The translations under genes were made by a program, and so were the position numbers. The notes beneath the pieces were generated by a model that worked only from the letters and a program-made list of their open reading frames with translations, was not told where the DNA came from and did no database searches. This document shows positions 56,049 through 64,000 of a stretch of DNA of 64,000 bases, piece by piece. Every line of letters starts with the position of its first letter. The stretch's first letter is position 1. Source of the DNA: Candidatus Methanofastidiosum methylothiophilum (GTDB taxonomy: Archaea > Methanobacteriota_B > Thermococci > Methanofastidiosales > Methanofastidiosaceae). The DNA is taken from NCBI GenBank assembly GCA_001587575.1, contig LNJC01000002.1:9418-73417 (forward strand), in the 5' to 3' direction.

Positions 56049-57036
56049 AATAATCTACCTCTTCTTCAAAATAATTGAATAAGATCTCTTGGATATTATT
56101 CTTCAAAGCGTCAATATTAGCGCCTTCTTGGGCGGATATTTCTATACCCTTAATATTTTCTTTAAAGCCCCACTCTTTTAAGTCTGCTTTATTTAAAACT
56201 TTTATAAAAGGAATACCTATAAACCTATCAGATATTTCATTGTACAAATTCATTTGGTCTTCCATACTATAACCACAGGATTCAGTTGGGTCAAAAACAA
56301 ATACTATTAATTTTGCTAGATACTTTAATGCAGATATAGCCTGTAGTTCAATAGGGTTTCTATAACTAAGCTCTCTGTCTAGAAGGCCAGGAGTATCTAC
56401 AATCTGTATCTTTCTTTTATTATACTCAAAAGAGGAAACATTTATCCCCTTTGTAGTAAATGGATAAGAATTGATTTCAGGCTCAGAATTTGTAAGAGCC
56501 TTTAGTAGTGAAGATTTTCCTACATTTGGAAATCCTGCAATTACAATCGTGTATAAATCAGGATTTATTGAAGGAAGATTTTTTAGCTTCTCCCTTGCGT
56601 TATTCAAGAATTTTATATTTTTTTCTACCTGTTTTAATATGGATATATATCTACCATAGCACTGTTTTCTTAGAAATGAAGCATCCTGGGGAGAACTTGC
56701 TCTCCTGATATTTTTTATATATTCTATCTTAACTGAGTTAATCGTATTTATTGCAAACGAAAGAGCGCCGAGATTATGTCTCAATTTATCTATGTCTGCA
56801 ATTATATCTATTAATTCTCTTGTGAAAGGGGGCAATCTATCAAAAGAGGGATATCTGTCTACAACCTTGAAAAGTGATTCTGCTAAAGTCTCTCCTGCAA
56901 CTGTAACTCTTATTGATTCTTTCTCTTTGACAATCTCATTAATATTTTTCTTACTGGAAAGGGCTTTTTTCTTAGCATTTCTAAAGGCCTTGTCCACTAT
57001 TTCATCTATGTCTATACGGGGTATTTCTTTGAACAT
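56029..57036 (-). CDS. Nog1-family GTP-binding protein
   Basis: G1 IAGFPNVGKSS, G3 DTPGLLD and G4 NKAD motifs, plus the Nog1-like N-terminal domain. Confidence 0.7.
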   Translation of the reverse strand: MFKEIPRIDIDEIVDKAFRNAKKKALSSKKNINEIVKEKESIRVTVAGETLAESLFKVVDRYPSFDRLPPFTRELIDIIADIDKLRHNLGALSFAINTINSVKIEYIKNIRRASSPQDASFLRKQCYGRYISILKQVEKNIKFLNNAREKLKNLPSINPDLYTIVIAGFPNVGKSSLLKALTNSEPEINSYPFTTKGINVSSFEYNKRKIQIVDTPGLLDRELSYRNPIELQAISALKYLAKLIVFVFDPTESCGYSMEDQMNLYNEISDRFIGIPFIKVLNKADLKEWGFKENIKGIEISAQEGANIDALKNNIQEILFNYFEEEVDYFEKDRN

Positions 57037-57051
57037 GTAAATGATCCTTGG

Positions 57052-57486
57052 TTATATTTTTGGGTCTCCCTTACCAGTATCTAATGTATACACTTTTAAA
57101 AATCTCTTCTTAAGTTCACTTGAACTATACGGTAATCTTTTATCGAGTCTCATTATCTTTGTATTAAGCCCACTTTTATTAATACGTTCTTCAATCCAGG
57201 AAGAATACTGGTCTGGCCCAAGAAAAATTATATCTGGATTTTCATTTATGACTGGGGCAAAAAAATCCTTTTGGTCTCCGAGTATAACCTTTTCAACCAT
57301 CTTAAGATTTTCAAGAATCAACTTACGTTCATTCTCATTAAATATTGGAGTTCGGCCTTTGAACTTTTTTATAGTTTCATCTCTTGCTACAACAACTATG
57401 ACTTTCCCTAACTTTGAAGCCTCTGTTAAAAAATAGATGTGTCCAGGATGAATAACATCAAAATTACCAGCAATAAGAACCTTCAA
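57052..57486 (-). CDS. ribL: Cytidylyl/adenylyltransferase-fold protein, probable archaeal FAD synthase RibL
   Basis: 144 aa. Nucleotidyltransferase (H/T)xGH motif LIAGNFDVIHPGHIYFL. The size and pattern resemble archaeal RibL. Confidence 0.55.
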   Translation of the reverse strand: MKVLIAGNFDVIHPGHIYFLTEASKLGKVIVVVARDETIKKFKGRTPIFNENERKLILENLKMVEKVILGDQKDFFAPVINENPDIIFLGPDQYSSWIEERINKSGLNTKIMRLDKRLPYSSSELKKRFLKVYTLDTGKGDPKI

Positions 57487-57529
57487 AGGAGCACCTTTAC
57501 TAATTTAAAAAGGTTATTTTATAAATATT

Positions 57530-59998
57530 GTGGAAAAGGGTTCTTTAATGCTTATAGCTGTCAGGAACAAAAAGAAAAAAGATGAAGTCGAGATTCTAGA
57601 AGTTCGTACTGGTAAGATAATTGTAAAATATATTCTTGTTTTAGCTCAAGACGGAGAAAGATTTGTTCCTAAAAAATTTAGAAAGATTGAAGATGAAAAA
57701 GAAATTACTTTGATGCCAAAAGAATCTCTTAAACTATTAAGAAGCGATACGATATATATTTCAAAAGATCACTTCGTGGAAGATATTTTGAATTTATTCA
57801 TTAACATGTTAAAATCTTATGGTGCCAAATTTGACTTTATTTCTTTATGCAAGTTCTGTCTGATTGATAATAGAATCAATACCAAAGGAACTCCCTACAC
57901 ATATCGATCTGAACCAATATGTGAAATATGTGCAAAATCTGAAATTACAAAAGATTTGACCTATAAAGGTATCAAAGATACAAAACTTGCCGAAAAACTA
58001 CTAAAAAGGTATTCCGATGTCGATAGAGTACTGATGGTTTTTGATCCAAAGTTTGACCCAACAAAAGATTCTTCAATCACAATGTATGACAGAATCGATT
58101 CATCTCCTCTTGACATTAAAATTTACAAAATATCTGATCTTGACATATTTGATGAATTCAAAGATAGATTTGCTTCACGAGGAATCAATGAACTCACTCC
58201 AGTTCAGTCTATTGCAATAGATAAGGGGCTATTCAAAGGTAACAATTTTCTTGTAATGAGTGAAACTGCTTCAGGTAAGACACTGATTGGGGAGCTATCT
58301 TTTTTTTCAAGGTACAAAAAGGGAGATAAATTGCTTTACTTGTCCCCCCTAGTTTCACTTTCTTTACAGAAGTATGAAGATTTCAGGGACAATTATCCAA
58401 ATAATAGTGTGTCTTTAAGAGTTGGATTATCAAGAATAGCTGAAAATCCTAAAGACATAAACAGGTCCTTAGATTCAGACATAATAATAGGAACATATGA
58501 GGGCATTGATCAGATTTTTAGATCTGGGGGGTCTATCAATGGTATTTCTACTATCGTAATAGATGAAATTCATATGCTTCAAGACAAAGAAAGAGGGCCA
58601 CTTTTAGATAGCTTAATATCAAGACTTTATGTTCTTTATCCAAATGCCCAGTTCATTGGGCTCTCTGCAACAGTTGGAAATCCAAAAGAGCTCTCGGATA
58701 TACTAAAAATGGAATTAGTCAGTTATGACAAGAGGCCAGTACCTTTAGAAAGACACGTTATTTTTTGTACTGGCCACGGTGGAAAACTTTATACTATCTC
58801 TAGATTAATAAGAAAAGAAAATTCAGAAATCTCTTCTAAAGGCCATAGAGGCCAAGTCATCGTTTTTTCTAATTCTCGGAAGAATTGCCATTCACTCGCT
58901 GAACATTTTAAGACAAGAGGGATAAATGCAGCGGCTTACCATTCAGGCCTTCCTTTTAAAGATAGACGGGAAATAGAAACTAAATTTTGGAAAGGAAAGC
59001 TTGATGCAGTAGTAACTACAGCAGCTCTTGCAGCAGGTGTTGATTTTCCAGCATCAGCAGTTACTTTTGAAACGCTTTCAATGGGAATCGAACCTCTTAA
59101 AATATTCGAATTTCAGCAGATGATAGGAAGGGCTGGAAGACCAACTTTTCATGACAAAGGCAAAGCTTATCTTTTGATAGATCCCCAAGAAAAGTATGGT
59201 GAAGTTTCTGAAGAAGAGCATTGTTTTTATCTTTTAGATAATAAATCTGAAAAGGTAGATATCCAGTACGATAGAGATATTTCATTAGAGAGAACACTAT
59301 CAATTATATCAACCTTTTCAAATTTATCAGTTGGAGACATTAAAAATAATTTTGAAATGGGATTTGCCCCAACTTTCGATACTGAATTTATTGATTTTTT
59401 AAGAAAAGAGGGATTAATTGAAATTAAATCAGATAAGGTAAATATTACTAAATTTGGTAGAATTGTCTCCTCAAATTTTCTTAATATACCCCACGCACTT
59501 TTCATGAAAAAATTCAATGGAGAAGATGTTAGAGAGATTATTTTCCAAACTTTACCTTTTCCAAATACGTACCTTACTAGTAAACTTCAAGCCATTCTAA
59601 AAATTGATTCCTCCTCTCTTTTTTCCGGTACAACCTTAGAAAAAATTTACTTCCAAAATAGAAAGCAAGCTTTATCGAAACATGGTGAAGAAGTTCTGAT
59701 TAACTTATTAACTGAATTTTTTGCTTGTGGATGTAAAGATGCACCATATTGTAATTGTCCAAAAATTGAGATTGGGAAAAGATTATTGGAGTTAAGAAAA
59801 GCAAAATTATCTCCAAATAGGATTAGTGAAGAGTTTAGAAAAGAATACGGATTAAAGATTTTTTCTGCCGATTTAATCAATTGGCTAGATTCTGCAATAA
59901 GAACCCTTGAAACAGCAGAGAAGATATTTGGACTTTATGGTAAAGATAAACAGAGAAGAGCTACGATAAAAGAAATAGAGTATATCGTAGGAAGATAA
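57530..59998 (+). CDS. Superfamily-2 DEAD/DEAH-box helicase (Ski2/Hel308-like core) with ~190-aa N-terminal extension and C-terminal Cys-rich region
   Basis: Motif I (SETASGKT), motif II (DEIHM), motif III (SAT) and motif VI (QMIGRAGR). C-terminal CGCKDAPYCNCP; N-terminal CKFC...CEIC cysteine pairs. Confidence 0.7.
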   Translation: MEKGSLMLIAVRNKKKKDEVEILEVRTGKIIVKYILVLAQDGERFVPKKFRKIEDEKEITLMPKESLKLLRSDTIYISKDHFVEDILNLFINMLKSYGAKFDFISLCKFCLIDNRINTKGTPYTYRSEPICEICAKSEITKDLTYKGIKDTKLAEKLLKRYSDVDRVLMVFDPKFDPTKDSSITMYDRIDSSPLDIKIYKISDLDIFDEFKDRFASRGINELTPVQSIAIDKGLFKGNNFLVMSETASGKTLIGELSFFSRYKKGDKLLYLSPLVSLSLQKYEDFRDNYPNNSVSLRVGLSRIAENPKDINRSLDSDIIIGTYEGIDQIFRSGGSINGISTIVIDEIHMLQDKERGPLLDSLISRLYVLYPNAQFIGLSATVGNPKELSDILKMELVSYDKRPVPLERHVIFCTGHGGKLYTISRLIRKENSEISSKGHRGQVIVFSNSRKNCHSLAEHFKTRGINAAAYHSGLPFKDRREIETKFWKGKLDAVVTTAALAAGVDFPASAVTFETLSMGIEPLKIFEFQQMIGRAGRPTFHDKGKAYLLIDPQEKYGEVSEEEHCFYLLDNKSEKVDIQYDRDISLERTLSIISTFSNLSVGDIKNNFEMGFAPTFDTEFIDFLRKEGLIEIKSDKVNITKFGRIVSSNFLNIPHALFMKKFNGEDVREIIFQTLPFPNTYLTSKLQAILKIDSSSLFSGTTLEKIYFQNRKQALSKHGEEVLINLLTEFFACGCKDAPYCNCPKIEIGKRLLELRKAKLSPNRISEEFRKEYGLKIFSADLINWLDSAIRTLETAEKIFGLYGKDKQRRATIKEIEYIVGR

Positions 59999-60139
59999 TT
60001 ATTAAGTAAGTCACTTATATACTACCTAAATAATAAATATATTATATATTTTTTATATTAATCTAATTTAACTTCAAACTATATTGAACCATATCGCTAT
60101 ATTTAAAAATCTAAATCATGTATTACATGCATCAAGAAG

Positions 60140-60547
60140 GTGATAGATATGGAAAAGAATATAAAAATATTGGCTGGAGGCATAATAATTCTCCTGCTAG
60201 CAATAGCCGGATATTTTGCTTTCTTTACTAGTGACGAAAAGATCTACAACGAGGATTCAACTGGAGTAATTGTAGTCAAAAAAGGGGATACATTTAAGAT
60301 TATCCTTAAATCTAACCCAACTACAGGTTATCAATGGAATGAAAGTTTTGATGAGAATCTAATCCAATTAATCAATAAAACATACAACGCAGATGAACCC
60401 CAGCTTATGGGAAGTGGCGGAATGGAAACATTTGAATTCAAAGTAATTGGGCATAATTCAAATACAACTATTAACTTTGCATATTCAAGAGTCTGGGAAA
60501 GCGTTCCACCAATCGAAGAAAAGTCTTTTCAAATTAAAATAAAATAA
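60140..60547 (+). CDS. Chagasin-family (MEROPS I42) cysteine-peptidase inhibitor with N-terminal membrane anchor/signal
   Basis: Chagasin signature NPTTGYQW plus downstream aromatic motifs. N-terminal hydrophobic segment ILAGGIIILLLAIAGYFAFF. Confidence 0.6.
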   Translation: MIDMEKNIKILAGGIIILLLAIAGYFAFFTSDEKIYNEDSTGVIVVKKGDTFKIILKSNPTTGYQWNESFDENLIQLINKTYNADEPQLMGSGGMETFEFKVIGHNSNTTINFAYSRVWESVPPIEEKSFQIKIK

Positions 60548-60552
60548 TTTTT

Positions 60553-61674
60553 TTATTTTATTAAATTTTCAGAAATATATTCTTCAAATTTCTTTAGTAC
60601 TTCTTTTGTATTTAGCTTCCCAAAGCCTATCCTAAAGTTCTTATTATAATCTCCAAATACGTATCCAGGCAATATTAAAACTCCCTTCTTTTCCAAAAGA
60701 TCATTTGAAAAATCTTTTATGTCCATATCAAATTTTATTTTGGGGAATCCTATTGCAGTAGCTTTAGGCCTAACCCATTCAAGTAGGTGATTGTATTTTT
60801 TAAAAAAATCATCTAGTAAATCAAGATTAGCTTTTATAATATGCATATTTCTTTTAATTATTTGATTTCTATTTCTTATTGCAAGGGCTGAAATCATTTC
60901 ACTTGTTGAACTACAGCAGATTGTGGTATAATCTTTAAATGAAATAACTTTTCTCATAACTTCTTTATCTTTAATTGATGCCCATCCTATTCTAAGACCA
61001 CCTAAACCAAATACTTTTGACATTGCACCCAATGAGATACCTTTATCATATATGTCTGAAATTGCGGAAGTTCTATTTTTTTCGTCGTACTCAGAAAACC
61101 TATACACCTCGTCAGAAAAAATCCAGATATTTTTTTCTTTGGCTATATTTACTAATTGAGTCACGAACTCAGTTGAAAAAAGATATCCAGTCGGATTGTG
61201 TGGATTATTAATAATTACCATTTTCGTATTATTTTTTATATTATCCCTGAAAAAATCTAGGTCTAATTCCCATTTTGAGTTTTCTTCCATTTCCCACTTT
61301 GTAACTTGACAACCTATAGCCGCGGGGATTTCGTATAGGGGCTGGTAACACGGCCACTGAACAATAACATGGTCTCCTTTTTCGAGAAGAGCATTCATTA
61401 TCACAAATATGCCTTCAGCCGCACCAGAAAGAATAACTATTTCCTCACTTGACACATTAGAATAAAGGCTAGAAATTTCTTCTCTAAGGTATTCGCTGCC
61501 TTGAGGATCAACATAGCTAAGTTTTAATTTTTTTAATTTTTCAGAATATTCTACATCCATCTCTAATAATTGATTTATTTCAAATGACTCTGAATCAGAG
61601 GTACAGAAAATATAAGGTGCTAGAAATTCATATTTGGCGAGGTATCTTTCAAGTTCTAACTCTCTTATTTTCAT
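60553..61674 (-). CDS. Class I/II pyridoxal-phosphate-dependent aminotransferase
   Basis: NNPHNPTGY and PLP-lysine SKVFGLGGLRIGW motifs. 373 aa. Confidence 0.75.
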   Translation of the reverse strand: MKIRELELERYLAKYEFLAPYIFCTSDSESFEINQLLEMDVEYSEKLKKLKLSYVDPQGSEYLREEISSLYSNVSSEEIVILSGAAEGIFVIMNALLEKGDHVIVQWPCYQPLYEIPAAIGCQVTKWEMEENSKWELDLDFFRDNIKNNTKMVIINNPHNPTGYLFSTEFVTQLVNIAKEKNIWIFSDEVYRFSEYDEKNRTSAISDIYDKGISLGAMSKVFGLGGLRIGWASIKDKEVMRKVISFKDYTTICCSSTSEMISALAIRNRNQIIKRNMHIIKANLDLLDDFFKKYNHLLEWVRPKATAIGFPKIKFDMDIKDFSNDLLEKKGVLILPGYVFGDYNKNFRIGFGKLNTKEVLKKFEEYISENLIK

Positions 61675-62025
61675 AAAACAACTATAGCTCCACTAGCTAT
61701 ATAATTTTCCATAAAGTCAAAAAACTATTATGCTAGTATACTAATTTAGCTTTCTTTAATAGAATACTCTAAATTTTATTTGTCATAATGTTATTACTTT
61801 TTTGATTTATAGAACAGTATCCAAATAAATAACATTAAATTAGAAAACCTTATAAATATCCTTTTTGTTTTTATTATGAGGGATTCAATGAGGGAGAATT
61901 TATTCAAACCTACTTATGTTCTTTTTGAGAACTCTCTCTCTACAGTTTATTGCTATTATTATGGCTATTGAATTCCCTCGTGAAAATTAATCCCTAAGTT
62001 AGGGAAATTTAAACGGGGTGTTTTT

Positions 62026-63327
62026 TTGGAGTTCAAATCCAGAGAGGAGATAATAGAATATCAGAATAAAAAACTAAGATCTTGCGTAGAGTACGCTTCG
62101 AAAAACTCTCGATTTTTTAAGGATACCTTAAAAAAATGCAATTTAAAGCCTGACGACATTAAAAATATCGATGATCTTCATAAACTTCCATTCACAACAA
62201 AAAATGACCTGAGAGATAACTACCCCTTTGGTCTAATGGCAGTTCCGATGGAGGAAATAGTAAGATTCCATGCTTCATCTGGAACTACGGGAAAATCTAC
62301 AGTAGTTTACTACACAAAAAATGATCTTGACACATGGTCTAATCTAATGGCGAGAGTTCTTGCAACGACAGGACTAACAAAAAAAGATTCTATGCAGATT
62401 ATCTACAACTATGGCTTTTTTACAGGAGGATTTGGTTTTCATTACGGTGCTGAGAGACTTGGCATTTCTGTTATTCCAACAGGGTCTGGCAATACCAAGA
62501 AACAGATAGAAATAATGCGTGATTTTGGTACAACCTCCTTTACAAGTACACCCTCATATGCAATATATCTTGGGGAAGCCATTGAAGAAATAGGAATCAA
62601 TCCCGAAAAAGATCTGAAACTAAAGATTGGAGTCTTTGGAGCAGAACCTTGGGGAGAAGGCATGAGGCAGAGAATTGAAGAGCTGTTTAATATTAATGCC
62701 TACGATAACTACGGAATATCAGAGCTGTGCGGTCCAGGGGTAGCTGTTGAATGCAAAGAAAAAGATGGGCTTCATGTATGGGAAGATCATTTCATAATGG
62801 AAGTAATCAATCCAAAAACTGGAGAAATTCTTGGAGAAGGTGAAAGGGGAGAGCTAGTTTTCACACCATTATGGAAGGAAGCAATGCCCCTGTTTAGATA
62901 TCGAACCAAGGATATTTCTGTAATCTATGAAGACAAATGTAATTGTGGCCTTCCTTTTAGAAAAATTGAAAGACTTCATGGAAGAAGTGACGATATGCTC
63001 ATCATAAGAGGCGTCAACGTTTTCCCAAGTCAGATTGAGGAGGTAATTCTGAAAAATTCAGCCTTTAAGGGACATTATGCCATAATTGTTGAAAGAAAAG
63101 GCCCTCTTGATCATTTAACAATTGAGATAGAGGTAACAAAAGATCTTTTCACAGGAAATCTAAAAGATTTGATTCAACTTAAAGATAAAGTCGAAGATGA
63201 TCTTAAGAGCGTTCTTTTAGTAAAAGCAAACGTTAAACTCGTTGAAGAAGGAACTATACCAAGATCTCAAGGTAAGGCTCAACGAGTAATAGATAAAAGA
63301 AATATAGACATAGGAGGAATTAAATGA
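62026..63327 (+). CDS. Phenylacetate-CoA ligase (PaaK) family adenylate-forming enzyme (coenzyme F390 synthetase-like)
   Basis: AMP-binding motif SSGTTGKSTVVYYT, ~430 aa PaaK-like size and motif order. Confidence 0.7.
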   Translation: MEFKSREEIIEYQNKKLRSCVEYASKNSRFFKDTLKKCNLKPDDIKNIDDLHKLPFTTKNDLRDNYPFGLMAVPMEEIVRFHASSGTTGKSTVVYYTKNDLDTWSNLMARVLATTGLTKKDSMQIIYNYGFFTGGFGFHYGAERLGISVIPTGSGNTKKQIEIMRDFGTTSFTSTPSYAIYLGEAIEEIGINPEKDLKLKIGVFGAEPWGEGMRQRIEELFNINAYDNYGISELCGPGVAVECKEKDGLHVWEDHFIMEVINPKTGEILGEGERGELVFTPLWKEAMPLFRYRTKDISVIYEDKCNCGLPFRKIERLHGRSDDMLIIRGVNVFPSQIEEVILKNSAFKGHYAIIVERKGPLDHLTIEIEVTKDLFTGNLKDLIQLKDKVEDDLKSVLLVKANVKLVEEGTIPRSQGKAQRVIDKRNIDIGGIK

Positions 63328-63437
63328 TATTTGGTCTACCGGAAACAACGTTTTATGTTGTTCTAATAGTTCCGATAGTAATAGCCCTTTTACTTTTGTT
63401 TTGGGGATTTAAATACAATCCGGAGGAGGAGGAATAA
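63324..63437 (+). CDS. Small (37 aa) membrane peptide translationally coupled to the downstream symporter (symporter-associated small subunit candidate)
   Basis: ATG overlaps the stop of the upstream gene, and its stop overlaps the symporter ATG (TAATG). One TM helix followed by an acidic EEEE tail. Confidence 0.3.
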   Translation: MIFGLPETTFYVVLIVPIVIALLLLFWGFKYNPEEEE

Positions 63438-64000
63438 TGGCATCAATAATGACGACATCTCTAGTTGTAATCTATTTTTTGATAATACTGATTATAGGTG
63501 CATGGGCATCTAAAAAAGTTAAGAGCAGTGCAGATTACATAATAGCAGGAAGGAGTCTTGGATTTTGGTTCTTTGTTATACTTATAGTCTCCTCTGCAAC
63601 TAGTGGTATGAGTATACTTGGTGTAGCAGGACTTGGATACACTGCTGGATGGCCCAGTATTTGGGAGCAGATATTTGTGCCCCTAACAACAGCAATATGT
63701 ATATTGTTCTACGGAACAAAATTACACAAAATCTCTGAAAAAATGGGGTACATGACAGTCCAAGACTACTTTGCCAACAGATTCTACAGTCCAAGGCTAA
63801 TGAGAGCGCTCTCAGGTTTAGCTGTAGTAGTTACAAGTAGCATATACCTTGTTGGTCAATACACAGCAATAAGTATAGTTCTTGTATGGCTTTTTGGAAT
63901 AACTCATACTGAAGCTCTCCTGATAGCAGGTATAATAGTTCTATTGTATGTGGTTTTAGGTGGGCTGTATGCAGTTGCATGGGTAAATCTAGTCCAAGGG
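63437..64000 (+). CDS. Solute:sodium symporter (SSS) family transporter, 5' part; continues beyond the window
   Basis: The open frame runs to the window end. The N-terminal TM pattern has SSS-family features (DYIIAGRSLG...). Confidence 0.6.
   Translation, partial: MASIMTTSLVVIYFLIILIIGAWASKKVKSSADYIIAGRSLGFWFFVILIVSSATSGMSILGVAGLGYTAGWPSIWEQIFVPLTTAICILFYGTKLHKISEKMGYMTVQDYFANRFYSPRLMRALSGLAVVVTSSIYLVGQYTAISIVLVWLFGITHTEALLIAGIIVLLYVVLGGLYAVAWVNLVQG

Noticed and set aside
61675-62025. Possible small RNA or regulatory element in the 350-bp spacer upstream of the PaaK-like gene
   Set aside because: The region is AT-rich with only weak short repeats (GAGGGA/TCCCTAAGTTAGGGAA-like) and no stable structure or GC enrichment. 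It is more likely just a promoter/5' UTR region.
1-64000. CRISPR arrays, transposases, integrases, prophage genes and tRNA genes
   Set aside because: I scanned all intergenic spacers (15627-15753, 16357-16529, 23306-23419, 29312-29401, 33056-33509, 34654-34818, 39564-39668, 59999-60139, 61675-62025). I found no regularly spaced repeats, no cloverleaf-compatible tRNA with a T-loop consensus, and no mobile-element protein signatures. The window looks like core chromosome.

Overview
This is an AT-rich (~32% GC) archaeal chromosomal window that is densely coding, with short intergenic spacers, many overlapping start/stop codons and archaeal-specific genes. It looks like core chromosome rather than an accessory island. 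The gene content points to a class I (hydrogenotrophic) methanogen of Methanobacteriales/Methanococcales type. The evidence is an Ehb-type energy-converting [NiFe] hydrogenase operon, a YcaO-TfuA thioamidation pair next to tetrapyrrole (F430/corrinoid precursor) genes, archaeal split glutamate synthase plus glutamine synthetase, a FolE2/MptA GTP cyclohydrolase, and a PaaK/F390-synthetase-like ligase.

Blocks in order:
- pyrF, then a complete preQ0/archaeosine precursor operon (queD-queE-folE2-queC) translationally coupled to a tRNA-binding OB-fold protein.
- A cupin coupled to a 7TM sensor histidine kinase, with a 27-bp tandem repeat in the kinase promoter.
- The conserved archaeal L21e-rpoF-DUF655-ksgA cluster, with an unusual isoprenoid-synthase-like ORF appended, and pus10.
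- A 934-aa protein built from about 12 internal ~65-aa helical repeats.
- dphB, glnA and an HTH regulator.
- A tetrahydrofolate one-carbon island (glyA-folD-folC-MFS-MTHFS-fhs).
- Split glutamate synthase with a ferredoxin and a FAD oxidoreductase.
- A cluster of secreted and unknown proteins.
- A GC-rich structured ncRNA island (~33.15-33.42 kb) whose identity I could not establish.
- An RNase Z-like MBL protein, a tandem MgtE transporter, a MarC-family protein and leuS.
- The 16-gene Ehb-like hydrogenase operon.
- taw3, a BioY-like protein, cobA-hemD, hemC, hemL, tfuA, ycaO, an unknown ORF, a Nog1 GTPase and ribL, all on the minus strand.
- An SF2 helicase, a chagasin-family inhibitor, an aminotransferase, the PaaK-like ligase and a partial solute:sodium symporter.

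I found no CRISPR array, transposase, integrase or convincing tRNA gene. The most novel-looking elements are the unidentified structured RNA, the giant repeat protein, the tRNA-binding protein fused into the preQ0 operon, the isoprenoid-synthase-like ORF in the ksgA operon, and the secreted/unknown cluster at 28.4-32.0 kb.
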